Part shown: piece after piece, positions 8,667 to 17,046 of the stretch
Layout of the letters: every line of letters starts with the position of its first letter
Numbering within the stretch: the stretch's first letter is position 1
DNA from: Pseudoalteromonas translucida KMM 520
Lineage (GTDB): Bacteria; Pseudomonadota; Gammaproteobacteria; Enterobacterales; Alteromonadaceae
Assembly (NCBI RefSeq): GCF_001465295.1
Contig: NZ_CP011034.1
Location: 1,290,001 to 1,322,000, forward strand
Direction of reading: 5' to 3'
Length of the DNA: 32,000 bases
Notes under the pieces: model-generated
What the model saw: only the letters and a program-made list of their open reading frames with translations
Database searches by the model: none
Told to the model about the DNA's origin: nothing
Translations under genes and position numbers: made by a program

Positions 8667-11189
8667 ATGAGTTATCAGGTTCTAGCGAGAAAATGGCGTC
8701 CACAAACCTTTCATGAATTGGTTGGACAGTCTCATGTTAAACAAGCGCTGGTTAATGCGCTAACGCAAAATAGACTGCACCACGCTTATTTATTCACTGG
8801 AACCCGAGGTGTGGGTAAAACCACAATAGCGCGTATTTTTGCTAAAAGCTTAAATTGTGATGAAGGCATTTCGGCAAATCCGTGTGGTCAATGTAGCAGC
8901 TGTAAAGATATAGAAGCAGGACGTTACATTGACCTACTCGAAATAGATGCAGCTTCGCGCACTAAAGTAGAAGACACCCGCGAAATACTCGATAACGTAC
9001 AATACGCACCCACACGAGGGCGCTATAAAGTATACCTAATCGATGAAGTTCACATGCTTTCTAAGCACAGCTTTAATGCGTTACTAAAAACGTTGGAAGA
9101 GCCGCCTGAGCATGTAAAATTTTTACTTGCGACTACCGATCCACAAAAGCTACCAGTCACTATATTATCTCGCTGCTTGCAATTTAACTTAAATGCGTTA
9201 TCGCAAAATGAAATAAAAACTCAGCTTGAACACGTACTGACGCATGAAAAACTGAACTTTGACAACGATGCTTTGCGCATTATTGCCAAAGCCGCAGACG
9301 GTAGTATGCGAGATGCGCTTAGCTTAACCGACCAAGCTATAGCACAAACTAATGGTGATATTAACAACCAAGCGGTACAAACTATGCTTGGTTTAATGGA
9401 CACGCATTATAGCCAAAGTTTACTAGCCGCGTTACTTGCCCAAGATGGCGCAGCGCTAATGAAAGAAGTAGCAAATGTTGCTAGCAGAAACCCTAACTTT
9501 GTGGCCTTACTAGATGATTTAATTGCATTAACGCATTTGACACAGTTAAGCCAATTAGTACCTGAAGCTGCCGCTCTTGATGAAACAAATGCCGATTACA
9601 TCACGCATGTTGCTCAAAATACAAATCCACAGCAAATTCAAATTTACTATCAGCTACTGTTAAACGGTAAAAAAGATCTACAATGGGCGCCAGAGCCTCG
9701 TTTAGGCTTTGAAATGATTATGCTAAGGCTGTTAGCGTTTCAACCAATTGATACACAAAACCAGCAACCAGTAGCTGTAAATACACAGCCTGTGCAAAGT
9801 AATACGACAAAGGCCAGTGCCTTACGTGATATTTTAAATAAAAGTAAACCGCTGCCAAGCACAGCTCAAAATAATGATACAACGCAACCACAAATTATTG
9901 AGCCAAAACCAGCTGAGGTCGCTAAGCTATCAGAGCCGCAAAACGTAGCGCCCGACACTCTTAATAATAACTCTAATACAACGCAGCAGGTTTCTACAAC
10001 TGTATCAGCAGGAGAGCAAGCAGTTGTGTCGGCTGTGCAAAATGAAGCGGTGAGTGAGCAATTAGTTACTCAGCAACATCAGCATACAAATGATGTAACT
10101 GACGAGCAAGCGCAGCGTCAAAGCGAAGATGAGGCCTACTTACAGCAAAGTAATTTAGAGCACTCATTAGCGGCACAGTTTGATGATGTTATTAGTAGTG
10201 CGGTTGATCAAGGGTTTAACCCTGCAACAAATACGGCAGCGCAAGCTCAGCAAAGCCAAGCGACAGACACCTCAATTAGCGAACAAGAAGCGCGAGCACA
10301 ATCTGCTATTGCACGTATTTTAAGAGATAGAAATATATCGGGTGCGGGTAAGCTCTCAAATGCAAAAGAGACTGAGCAGCAAAATACAGCAAATTTAAGC
10401 TCTGCTAACAGTCGGCCGAGTCGCTTTACTGCTAATAGCAGTAACAGCAATGAGCAAAATGTTACAGCAAATAGCGATGCAATTAATCACAGTAGAGCTA
10501 ACAATAATGCGCAGCAAACACACACAGACAATCCGCCGCCGTGGCCTAATGATTTCGCAGGTGAGAGCGAAAAAAAGCCACAGCTCCCACTAGCGGGGAG
10601 CCAAAACAAGGCAGCAAGCCAAGCTCAGTTTGAGTCAAAACCTGAGCGAAAAATAGACTTTAAAGCAAAGCACCAAACAATTACCGAAAATTTAGCCCCT
10701 GAGCTACTTGAGCAAATTAACCCGCAAAAAGTACCCGAAGTTGTTGTAGCGCAGCCTAGCATTCCAGCGCCTGATGATTTTCAGAGCCCAATAAGCGAAA
10801 TTCGCTTTGCGCATCAGCAAGACGAGTGGGCATATTTAATTAAACGCATGGGATTAGGCGGGCGTATGCGCCAGTTTGCGTTGCACTCTATTTTTACTAA
10901 GCAAGGCAATAATTTGCATATAGATGTTGATGAATCACAAAAACATTTAGATACGCCCATGCTACGCCAAAGACTTGATGCGGCGTTATCCAGTATTTAT
11001 GAGCACAATGTAACACTGAGTATTAATTTTGCTAAAGGGGTGATTGATTCGCCTTATTTAATTCAACAAAAAATTGATGCAGGTCGTCATCAGCAAGCAA
11101 TAGATGTGATCACCTCAGACGATAATATAGTACAATTTCAGCAGCTATTTAGTGCCGAAATTGACGAAAACAGCATTCAGGCATTGTAA
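8667..11189 (+). CDS. dnaX: DNA polymerase III subunit tau (and possibly gamma)
   Basis: The N-terminus is canonical: MSYQVLARKWRPQTF..LVGQ.HV...HHAYLFTGTRGVGKTT, a Cys4 zinc module and LIDEVHMLS. This is followed by a very long Q/N/S/T-rich linker and a conserved C-terminal tau region. Confidence 0.95.
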   Translation: MSYQVLARKWRPQTFHELVGQSHVKQALVNALTQNRLHHAYLFTGTRGVGKTTIARIFAKSLNCDEGISANPCGQCSSCKDIEAGRYIDLLEIDAASRTKVEDTREILDNVQYAPTRGRYKVYLIDEVHMLSKHSFNALLKTLEEPPEHVKFLLATTDPQKLPVTILSRCLQFNLNALSQNEIKTQLEHVLTHEKLNFDNDALRIIAKAADGSMRDALSLTDQAIAQTNGDINNQAVQTMLGLMDTHYSQSLLAALLAQDGAALMKEVANVASRNPNFVALLDDLIALTHLTQLSQLVPEAAALDETNADYITHVAQNTNPQQIQIYYQLLLNGKKDLQWAPEPRLGFEMIMLRLLAFQPIDTQNQQPVAVNTQPVQSNTTKASALRDILNKSKPLPSTAQNNDTTQPQIIEPKPAEVAKLSEPQNVAPDTLNNNSNTTQQVSTTVSAGEQAVVSAVQNEAVSEQLVTQQHQHTNDVTDEQAQRQSEDEAYLQQSNLEHSLAAQFDDVISSAVDQGFNPATNTAAQAQQSQATDTSISEQEARAQSAIARILRDRNISGAGKLSNAKETEQQNTANLSSANSRPSRFTANSSNSNEQNVTANSDAINHSRANNNAQQTHTDNPPPWPNDFAGESEKKPQLPLAGSQNKAASQAQFESKPERKIDFKAKHQTITENLAPELLEQINPQKVPEVVVAQPSIPAPDDFQSPISEIRFAHQQDEWAYLIKRMGLGGRMRQFALHSIFTKQGNNLHIDVDESQKHLDTPMLRQRLDAALSSIYEHNVTLSINFAKGVIDSPYLIQQKIDAGRHQQAIDVITSDDNIVQFQQLFSAEIDENSIQAL

Positions 11190-11252
11190 TTTATTACAAC
11201 TGCCCTTATTTAGTAACCTAGTTAATGTATTAAAAAAGAAAGAGAGAAAGTT

Positions 11253-11579
11253 ATGTTTAAAGGTGGAATGGGTAACATGATGAAGCAGGCGCAGCAAATG
11301 CAAGATCGCATGCAAAAAGCCCAAGACGAAATTGCAACATTAGAAGTTGTAGGCGAAGCCGGTGCCGGTTTAGTTAAAGTAACTATGCTAGGTAACCACA
11401 ACGTTCGCCGCGTAGAGCTTGATGAGAGCTTAATGCAAGACGACAAAGACATGATTGAAGACTTACTTGCAGCAGCATGTAACGATGCTGTTCGCCGTGT
11501 AGCAGACGAAACACAAGAGCGTATGGGCAAAGTAACTGGCGGTATGCAATTACCACCAGGTATGAAAATGCCGTTTTAA
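11253..11579 (+). CDS. ybaB: YbaB/EbfC nucleoid-associated protein
   Basis: 108 aa, [17 protein letters not shown]...[10 protein letters not shown]......ELD, typical of YbaB. Conserved dnaX-ybaB-recR order. Confidence 0.9.
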   Translation: MFKGGMGNMMKQAQQMQDRMQKAQDEIATLEVVGEAGAGLVKVTMLGNHNVRRVELDESLMQDDKDMIEDLLAAACNDAVRRVADETQERMGKVTGGMQLPPGMKMPF

Positions 11580-11585
11580 GCCTAT

Positions 11586-12194
11586 ATGCAACTTTCAGCT
11601 AGTTTAACTCAGCTTATAGAGGCATTGCGTTGTCAGCCGGGCATTGGCCCTAAGTCAGCGCAACGTATTGCTTTTCACTTGCTAGAGCGCGACCGTAAAG
11701 GGGGCACTCAGCTTGGCAATGCACTGACAAAAGCTATGACGGCGGTTGGTCATTGTGAGTCATGTCGCACTTTTTGCGAGCAGTCGCAGTGCGACATTTG
11801 TTTAAGTACTAAACGCCAAGACAGCGGCATATTATGTGTTGTTGAATCGCCAAGCGACGTACTTGCTATAGAGCAAACAGGTCAATATTTAGGGTTGTAC
11901 TTTGTATTAATGGGGCATTTATCGCCTATTGATGGTATTGGCCCTAAAGAAATTGGCCTAGATGTTTTAGAGGCAAAGTTGGCACAAAGCGGTATAAACG
12001 AGGTGATTTTAGCAACCAACCCTACGGTTGAAGGCGAAACCACGGCACATTATATTGCTCAGCTTTGTCATAAATACAAAGTAGGTGCTTCGCGTATTGC
12101 TCATGGTATACCGGTAGGTGGTGAGCTTGACTTAGTCGACGGTACAACGTTAATGCATGCCTTTAGTGGCAGGCGAACGGTAACACAAGACTAA
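11586..12194 (+). CDS. recR: Recombination protein RecR
   Basis: HhH motif ([15 protein letters not shown]), a C4 zinc finger (CESC..C....CDIC) and Toprim ([12 protein letters not shown]...). Confidence 0.95.
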   Translation: MQLSASLTQLIEALRCQPGIGPKSAQRIAFHLLERDRKGGTQLGNALTKAMTAVGHCESCRTFCEQSQCDICLSTKRQDSGILCVVESPSDVLAIEQTGQYLGLYFVLMGHLSPIDGIGPKEIGLDVLEAKLAQSGINEVILATNPTVEGETTAHYIAQLCHKYKVGASRIAHGIPVGGELDLVDGTTLMHAFSGRRTVTQD

Positions 12195-12223
12195 CTGATA
12201 ACTGCTGTTAGAAATTGTAAAAA

Positions 12224-12256
12224 AAGCCTGCATAATTAAGTTATGTGGGCTTTTTT
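12224..12256 (+). terminator. Probable intrinsic terminator after recR
   Basis: An imperfect stem, AGCCTGCATAA / TTATGTGGGCT, followed by TTTTTT. Confidence 0.5.
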
Positions 12257-12547
12257 GTTGTACGTAAGCCAACTAGATTAAAGACGTGCATTGCCAGTAT
12301 GATCATGTTTTTTTAATTGGATTGGTATAAATATTAAGCCTACTAATTCAGGCATAGTAAGTAACCTAAACTCCGGATAATAAACCTATCTCAAGCAGCT
12401 ATTGACGCGTAAATTCGCCTTGTTTTCACTGAAAACCTCAGGCTAGAGAAATTAATTTAAATATAATTATGATTCAATACGTTAGTAAATCTCTTAACCA
12501 GAGTTTAGGTTAAGCAGTATAACCAGTCCTAATTTTAAGGAATAATT

Positions 12548-13267
12548 ATGCCGACTCCTGACTCTGATACCATGATTATAGTTGATGATTTTGTAGCTCC
12601 ACAGTGCGATGGCTTGGTTGAAATCCTCTTTGCAGATGAAGACATTTTATTGATCAACAAACCCAGTGGTTTGTTGAGTTTGTCGGGGAAAAACCCGCTC
12701 AATTGGGATTCTGTGCATTATCGTTTAGTGAATGGGCAAGCAGGTATTACGGCTGCGTACCCCGAGGCTAAGTTACCGCACAGGTTAGACTTAGGTACAT
12801 CGGGCATTATGGTTGTGGGATTAAACGCAGCGGCTGCTAAGCATCTAAATAAACAGTTTCAGGCGCGTACAATTAAAAAGCGCTATGTAGCCATATTACA
12901 CGGGTGGTTAATTGACGACGAAGGGCAAATTAGTGCGTCGATAGCAAAAGATAAACTGCTTTTTCCGCGGGTTAAAATCTGCGAAGCCACAGGCAAAACT
13001 GCCGTAAGTGAATATAAAGTGCTGCAACGCCTAACGCAACCACAGCGAACCTTAGTGCAATTTACACCCATTACAGGGCGTACGCACCAATTGCGTATTC
13101 ACAGCCAGTTTATAGGGCACCCTATTTTAGGGTGCGATTTATATAACAATGCACAAAGCGAGCATATGGCAGCGCGCTTACAGCTTCATGCAAGTGATTT
13201 GTATTTTCAGCACCCGGTAAGCAATGAGCAAATTCATATGCAATGCGCTAGTACGTTTTATTTTTAA
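12548..13267 (+). CDS. RluA-family pseudouridine synthase
   Basis: Catalytic motif HRLDLGTSGIMVV, plus KRYVAI, GRTHQLRIH and LHA..L motifs of the RluA family. The AAGGA SD is correctly spaced. Confidence 0.85.
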   Translation: MPTPDSDTMIIVDDFVAPQCDGLVEILFADEDILLINKPSGLLSLSGKNPLNWDSVHYRLVNGQAGITAAYPEAKLPHRLDLGTSGIMVVGLNAAAAKHLNKQFQARTIKKRYVAILHGWLIDDEGQISASIAKDKLLFPRVKICEATGKTAVSEYKVLQRLTQPQRTLVQFTPITGRTHQLRIHSQFIGHPILGCDLYNNAQSEHMAARLQLHASDLYFQHPVSNEQIHMQCASTFYF

Positions 13268-13301
13268 GACAATATTGGTTGGGACTTTTTTTATTTTTTC
13301 C

Positions 13302-13328
13302 CTTGAAGTTCTAGCAGCTCCCCCATAT
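13302..13328 (+). promoter_or_regulatory. sigma32 (heat-shock) promoter of htpG
   Basis: CCTTGAA (CTTGAA at 13302-13307), a 13-nt spacer, then CCCCATAT (13321-13328). This fits the CTTGAA-N13-17-CCCCATNT consensus and lies 43 nt upstream of the htpG ATG. Confidence 0.65.
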
Positions 13329-13370
13329 TAAGTGCATAACGCAGACACTTTGCAAATTGGAGATATATTA

Positions 13371-13451
13371 ATGACTGCAGCACAAAAAGAAACATTAGGC
13401 TTTCAAACAGAAGTAAAACAACTATTAAACCTGATGATCCATTGTATTTAA
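13371..13451 (+). pseudogene. htpG: 5' fragment of htpG (Hsp90), truncated by prophage insertion
   Basis: The fragment translates as MTAAQKETLGFQTEVKQLLNLMIH-CI-stop. E. coli HtpG begins ...[22 protein letters not shown]. Identity stops after His24 (about nt 13442), and an integrase gene follows. Confidence 0.8.
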
Positions 13452-13570
13452 ACATTCCACGCTATTTATTTTTATCTCCCTTTTAGTCCTGTTATCCACG
13501 TAAAAACAACAACTTAAACCACCACTAACCACTCCTATCTACTACTAACTATCTTTATATATCGCTGTTA

Positions 13571-13641
13571 TTGGTGACAATTGTGTACCAAGGTGTGTAC
13601 CATTTTATTATTGGCCTCAAATTTGGTCACATTTGGTACAC
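13571..13641. repeat. Short repeats next to attL (candidate integrase arm-type / Xis sites)
   Basis: GTGTACCA at 13583-13590 and 13595-13602 (direct), and TGGTACAC at 13634-13641 (inverted). TTGGTGACA (13571) and TTGGTCACA (13623) are also present. Confidence 0.4.
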
Positions 13642-13656
13642 AGAGTCGGAGCATCA

Positions 13657-14856
13657 ATGAACATAACAGCAGCTAAGCTAAAGAGTTTGAACGGTAAAGA
13701 GTATGCCGGCAAACCTGAGCTAACGGATGGCGATAGCTTATCCATAAGGATCTCCCCAAAGGGAAAGATCACCTTTCAAATACGCTATAGAATAGATGGT
13801 AAGCAGGCACGATATAAAATTGGCACTTACCCTACAATGACGCTTGCACAGGCTAGGGAAAATTGTGCGGAGCAAATGAAGTTTGTTGCGAAGGGTTTAG
13901 ATCCTCGGAAAATGGAAGCTGTAAAATCTGTTTTAGTTGATCATATAGATAACCCAACTATTAATGACTGCATTGAATACTGGTTTAAAAATTACTGTTT
14001 GCCCAGACGAGATAAGCCGGCTGAAATTAAATTGCGTATTACTTCATGCTTAAGAACCCTATGGGCAAAGCAATACGTGTCAATCATGGATAAGACGCAC
14101 TTTGCAGCAATGTTTAAAGCGATGAATGATAAGTCAATTGAAAAGGGGCGGGGTAAGGGGTTTTCGTTTAACGCGATAATTGAGATCAGATCTGCGCTTA
14201 GGTTTTGCGTTCGCCAGGGGTTTATTGATAACACCCAATTTGAAGCTTTGCGCCCTGGTGATTTTGCGAGTGACTATGACGTTCGTGAGCATTATTTATC
14301 AATACAAGAGTGCCAGTTAATTTGGGCCCATGTTGATGAGTTGAATATAACCGATAGAAATAAGGTTATTCTGCGTTGCGCTATGGTCTTTGGCTGTCGC
14401 ATAAGCGAGCTGTGCAGTGCGAAAAAAACAGACTTTGATTTAAAGGCAATGCTATTCACTACGCAAAGAGAAAATACAAAAGGTGCTTTGCATTCTATTG
14501 TTAGGCCTATACCACCTGATTTAATTGCTGATCTGCAGCATATGAAAGAGCAATCGCCTTCATTTAAGCACATGTTTCCTAATCGTGATGGCGATTACCC
14601 AGCTAACAGCTCAAGTGTTAGCCAAATATCTAAAGCATGCCATCAAGAAATAGAGGGTGTTGCGCCGTTTAGAATGCATGATTTAAGACGGACAATATCA
14701 ACACATTTAACTGATGCGGGATGCCCTTTGCAATTTACTGAAAAATTACTAGGGCATAAAATGAAAGGCGTGTTGGCGATATATAATAAATCGCCAATGC
14801 TCGATGGTTTAACCGAATGGGTTAACCGGTGGGTGATCATGCTGAAAGGCGAATAG
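13657..14856 (+). CDS. int: Tyrosine integrase (P4/DUF4102-arm type)
   Basis: The N-terminal arm-binding pattern (L.D.....L.IRISPKGKITFQIRYR..GK..R..IG.YP.M.LAQAR) and the C-terminal catalytic region (RISEL....HDLRRT......LLGH) are present. ATG 13657 has a GGAG SD. The track's TTG 13633 is less likely. Confidence 0.9.
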   Translation: MNITAAKLKSLNGKEYAGKPELTDGDSLSIRISPKGKITFQIRYRIDGKQARYKIGTYPTMTLAQARENCAEQMKFVAKGLDPRKMEAVKSVLVDHIDNPTINDCIEYWFKNYCLPRRDKPAEIKLRITSCLRTLWAKQYVSIMDKTHFAAMFKAMNDKSIEKGRGKGFSFNAIIEIRSALRFCVRQGFIDNTQFEALRPGDFASDYDVREHYLSIQECQLIWAHVDELNITDRNKVILRCAMVFGCRISELCSAKKTDFDLKAMLFTTQRENTKGALHSIVRPIPPDLIADLQHMKEQSPSFKHMFPNRDGDYPANSSSVSQISKACHQEIEGVAPFRMHDLRRTISTHLTDAGCPLQFTEKLLGHKMKGVLAIYNKSPMLDGLTEWVNRWVIMLKGE

Positions 14857-15049
14857 ATTGACCGTCTAACTTTGCTAAATCTTCATAGTAGCGATCAACG
14901 GTTTTCTTTAACCAGCGGTTAGGCTTTCCGTAATGCGAGGGTGGCATAAACTTACCTTTAGAGACTAATTCTAAAATGTAGTTTGGTCTTACACCCTCCA
15001 TTGCTGCTATTTCTTTTGTCGTGTAATACTTGCTAGTTGGTAAGCTCAT
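14837..15049 (-). CDS. xis: Excisionase-like HTH_17/AlpA-type DNA-binding protein
   Basis: 70 aa, YYTTKEIAAMEGVRPNYILELVSKGKF...RWLKKTVDRYY, which fits the winged-helix excisionase pattern. It is the last gene of the leftward operon, abutting int. AGGTGA SD. Confidence 0.6.
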   Translation of the reverse strand: MSLPTSKYYTTKEIAAMEGVRPNYILELVSKGKFMPPSHYGKPNRWLKKTVDRYYEDLAKLDGQSIRLSA

Positions 15050-15231
15050 AAGTCACCTGCCTTTTTTAATCTATAAACCATATCAGCTACGGTTTTATAT
15101 GTTCGACCAAGCGCTAAGCTAATATCTTGAAGTTGCTTAGTTCCGCGCATTTCTTTTAAATATTGAATTTCAGTCGTTAGCCAAGGTTTTTTATGGTTAA
15201 AATGAAATTCAGGGTCGTATGTTTTGCTCAT
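15046..15231 (-). CDS. Hypothetical small phage protein (possible HTH)
   Basis: 61-aa ORF with an AGGTGA SD and 4-nt overlaps with both neighbours. Confidence 0.55.
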   Translation of the reverse strand: MSKTYDPEFHFNHKKPWLTTEIQYLKEMRGTKQLQDISLALGRTYKTVADMVYRLKKAGDL

Positions 15232-15509
15232 AAGTCACCTGTTAATTTTTCATAGCAATCAGTACATAAAAGCTTGTTGCCTTCACCTTTAAAGCAGACT
15301 ATGTTCATTACTTCACCGGTTTCATTAGCTCCAACTTGAAAAGGCCAATTGCAAGTAAAACACCGATTAAACTTTTCTTTAAAGCGCGAACGCCCACGTT
15401 TAAACTCTTCTGACATTCTTGCAAATTCAGCCTTGTGCCAATCAACCGCTAGTGATTTAGTTGTGGTAATAACCACTTTGCCTGGCTCTGTTATTTCAAC
15501 ACTTCTCAT
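15228..15509 (-). CDS. Hypothetical phage protein with CxxC...CxxC zinc-ribbon-like motif
   Basis: 93 aa with CFTCNWPF ... CTDCYEKL. AGGTGA SD; coupled to the next ORF. Confidence 0.55.
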   Translation of the reverse strand: MRSVEITEPGKVVITTTKSLAVDWHKAEFARMSEEFKRGRSRFKEKFNRCFTCNWPFQVGANETGEVMNIVCFKGEGNKLLCTDCYEKLTGDL

Positions 15510-15516
15510 AAATCAC

Positions 15517-15753
15517 CTACCTAGCCGGAGCAAGGGAGCTGGTTGTTAAGTCCCATTGCATTTTACAATTTCTTCTTTCACTTACTCGCTTGCGTATGCT
15601 TTTTGCTTCATGACCCGTTCCGTAGTTTAAAAGCCAAGAATTTCTACCTTCATGATCTTTTGGTAGCTGTAAAATTAAGCCCTCAGCATGCTTAACACGG
15701 CTACATTTCGATTGCTTTTCAGCAGAAGTAAGTATTATTTTATCAATATCCAT
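15517..15753 (-). CDS. Hypothetical phage protein
   Basis: 78-aa ORF with an AGGTGA SD 4 nt before the ATG. Confidence 0.5.
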   Translation of the reverse strand: MDIDKIILTSAEKQSKCSRVKHAEGLILQLPKDHEGRNSWLLNYGTGHEAKSIRKRVSERRNCKMQWDLTTSSLAPAR

Positions 15754-15760
15754 AGATCAC

Positions 15761-16177
15761 CTATGCTAATTTTTTATCAAAGTCGGGGTTCATAGCTCTA
15801 TAACAAGCCGATTTCATGCAACCTTTGGCGTTGTTAAGTGCGCTGTTTAGCTCTTCGCGCGTGTCGGGTACGCGGCATTCAAAATTGCTACGCTCAACAC
15901 CGTTATAAAAATCCCACCGAAGGCGTGGCTCGTCGGCGCTCACGTCATTAGCGTAAATAGTTACTCCATAACCTACGCTTTTTTCTGGCACACAATCAGC
16001 CGCATCTTTTAGCAAGTTGGCTAAGTATTGCTTATGCGATACGTTAGGCTTGCCACTTTGCAGTAAGGCCCAGGCGAATGAATAAACGTATTCGTTTAGG
16101 TCCATTTCACCGCCTTTTTGCTCTTTTAATTTAAAGCCATGCTTTAGAGCCAGGGCTTTGATTTTTGCGTTGTTCAT
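15761..16177 (-). CDS. Hypothetical phage protein
   Basis: 138-aa ORF with an AAGGTGA SD and a 4-nt overlap with the upstream ORF. Confidence 0.55.
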   Translation of the reverse strand: MNNAKIKALALKHGFKLKEQKGGEMDLNEYVYSFAWALLQSGKPNVSHKQYLANLLKDAADCVPEKSVGYGVTIYANDVSADEPRLRWDFYNGVERSNFECRVPDTREELNSALNNAKGCMKSACYRAMNPDFDKKLA

Positions 16178-16407
16178 GGCTTCACCTTGATTTCATTTGT
16201 TACTACTTTATGCGCGCACTTGGTATTGCCATGTGCGCCACAACCGCCTTTTATCTTGTGTTTACCGCAAAGCGCCACTGCCTTTCCCGCCTTGCCAATA
16301 ACACCGTTTACACTGCACTGATAAATAACTTTGCTCATGCTCAATAGCTCCGATTTTGGTTTAAGCGCATACCAGTTATGCGCTCTGCGTTTTACTTGTG
16401 GTTTCAT
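16174..16407 (-). CDS. Hypothetical small Cys/His-rich phage protein
   Basis: 77 aa with C...C..H......C..H....C.H. The start overlaps the upstream stop (TAATG). Confidence 0.5.
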   Translation of the reverse strand: MKPQVKRRAHNWYALKPKSELLSMSKVIYQCSVNGVIGKAGKAVALCGKHKIKGGCGAHGNTKCAHKVVTNEIKVKP

Positions 16408-16607
16408 TAGGCTGCTAACTCTGCATCAGGTTCTTGCTTGTAGTTACTGCAAACCTCAACCGCGTACACACCTTTATTTAATTTTGAACAGCTACCGTAT
16501 TTAGCTTTCTTGCTATCACTGTTGATAGCAAAGCCTTTACAGGTGAAGTTCTGGCAGCTAATGCACGCTTTAGGCATACCTACTTTTGAAATTTCCATTT
16601 TATGCAC
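16407..16607 (-). CDS. Hypothetical small Cys-rich phage protein
   Basis: 66 aa with CISCQNFTC...C...C. It overlaps the upstream ORF by 8 nt. An alternative ATG lies at 16598. Confidence 0.5.
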   Translation of the reverse strand: MHKMEISKVGMPKACISCQNFTCKGFAINSDSKKAKYGSCSKLNKGVYAVEVCSNYKQEPDAELAA

Positions 16608-17046
16608 TCGCTTTAAATTGGTTGGCTGTTAGCCGATCGTATTTTTTCTGCGTTATGCCATGGGCTTTAATTGCTTCACTCGAATTTATACCGCTATCTA
16701 TTTTCTCTTTAATAGCGATAAGCAATAAATGCTGGTTATTGCGCTGTATATTGCGAATGTCAGGCTTCTTTATATTTTGCTTTTCTAGCTGGTAGTAAAT
16801 TGCGCCAACTGATACGCCTATTTCTTTGGCTATAACTGTCACGGTTTTAGTCTTTAGCTGCTCTGGGACGTTAGCTTTTTTTATTTTTAGTGCTGGAACG
16901 TAACCCTTAAAAGCAACTTTATTTTTTTCCATGTGGTAACGGATTGTTTCAGGGTAAACCTCGAATTTGTCGGCCACTTCTTTTAGAGGTAATGTTTCAA
17001 CAAGCTCTAAAATTAGGCTTACATCTTGTTCGCTTAATTTGCTCAT
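16600..17046 (-). CDS. Phage protein with repeated helix-turn-helix-like segments
   Basis: I chose the start at MSKLSEQD (ATG 17046), which forms an ATGA overlap with the methylase stop. Segments LKEVADKFEVYPETIRYHM and VIAKEIGVSVGAIYYQL look like HTH motifs. Confidence 0.55.
   Translation of the reverse strand: MSKLSEQDVSLILELVETLPLKEVADKFEVYPETIRYHMEKNKVAFKGYVPALKIKKANVPEQLKTKTVTVIAKEIGVSVGAIYYQLEKQNIKKPDIRNIQRNNQHLLLIAIKEKIDSGINSSEAIKAHGITQKKYDRLTANQFKASA

Noticed and set aside
13268-13656. tRNA or tmRNA gene as the prophage attachment site
   Set aside because: There is no cloverleaf-like sequence. The junction falls inside the htpG reading frame instead.
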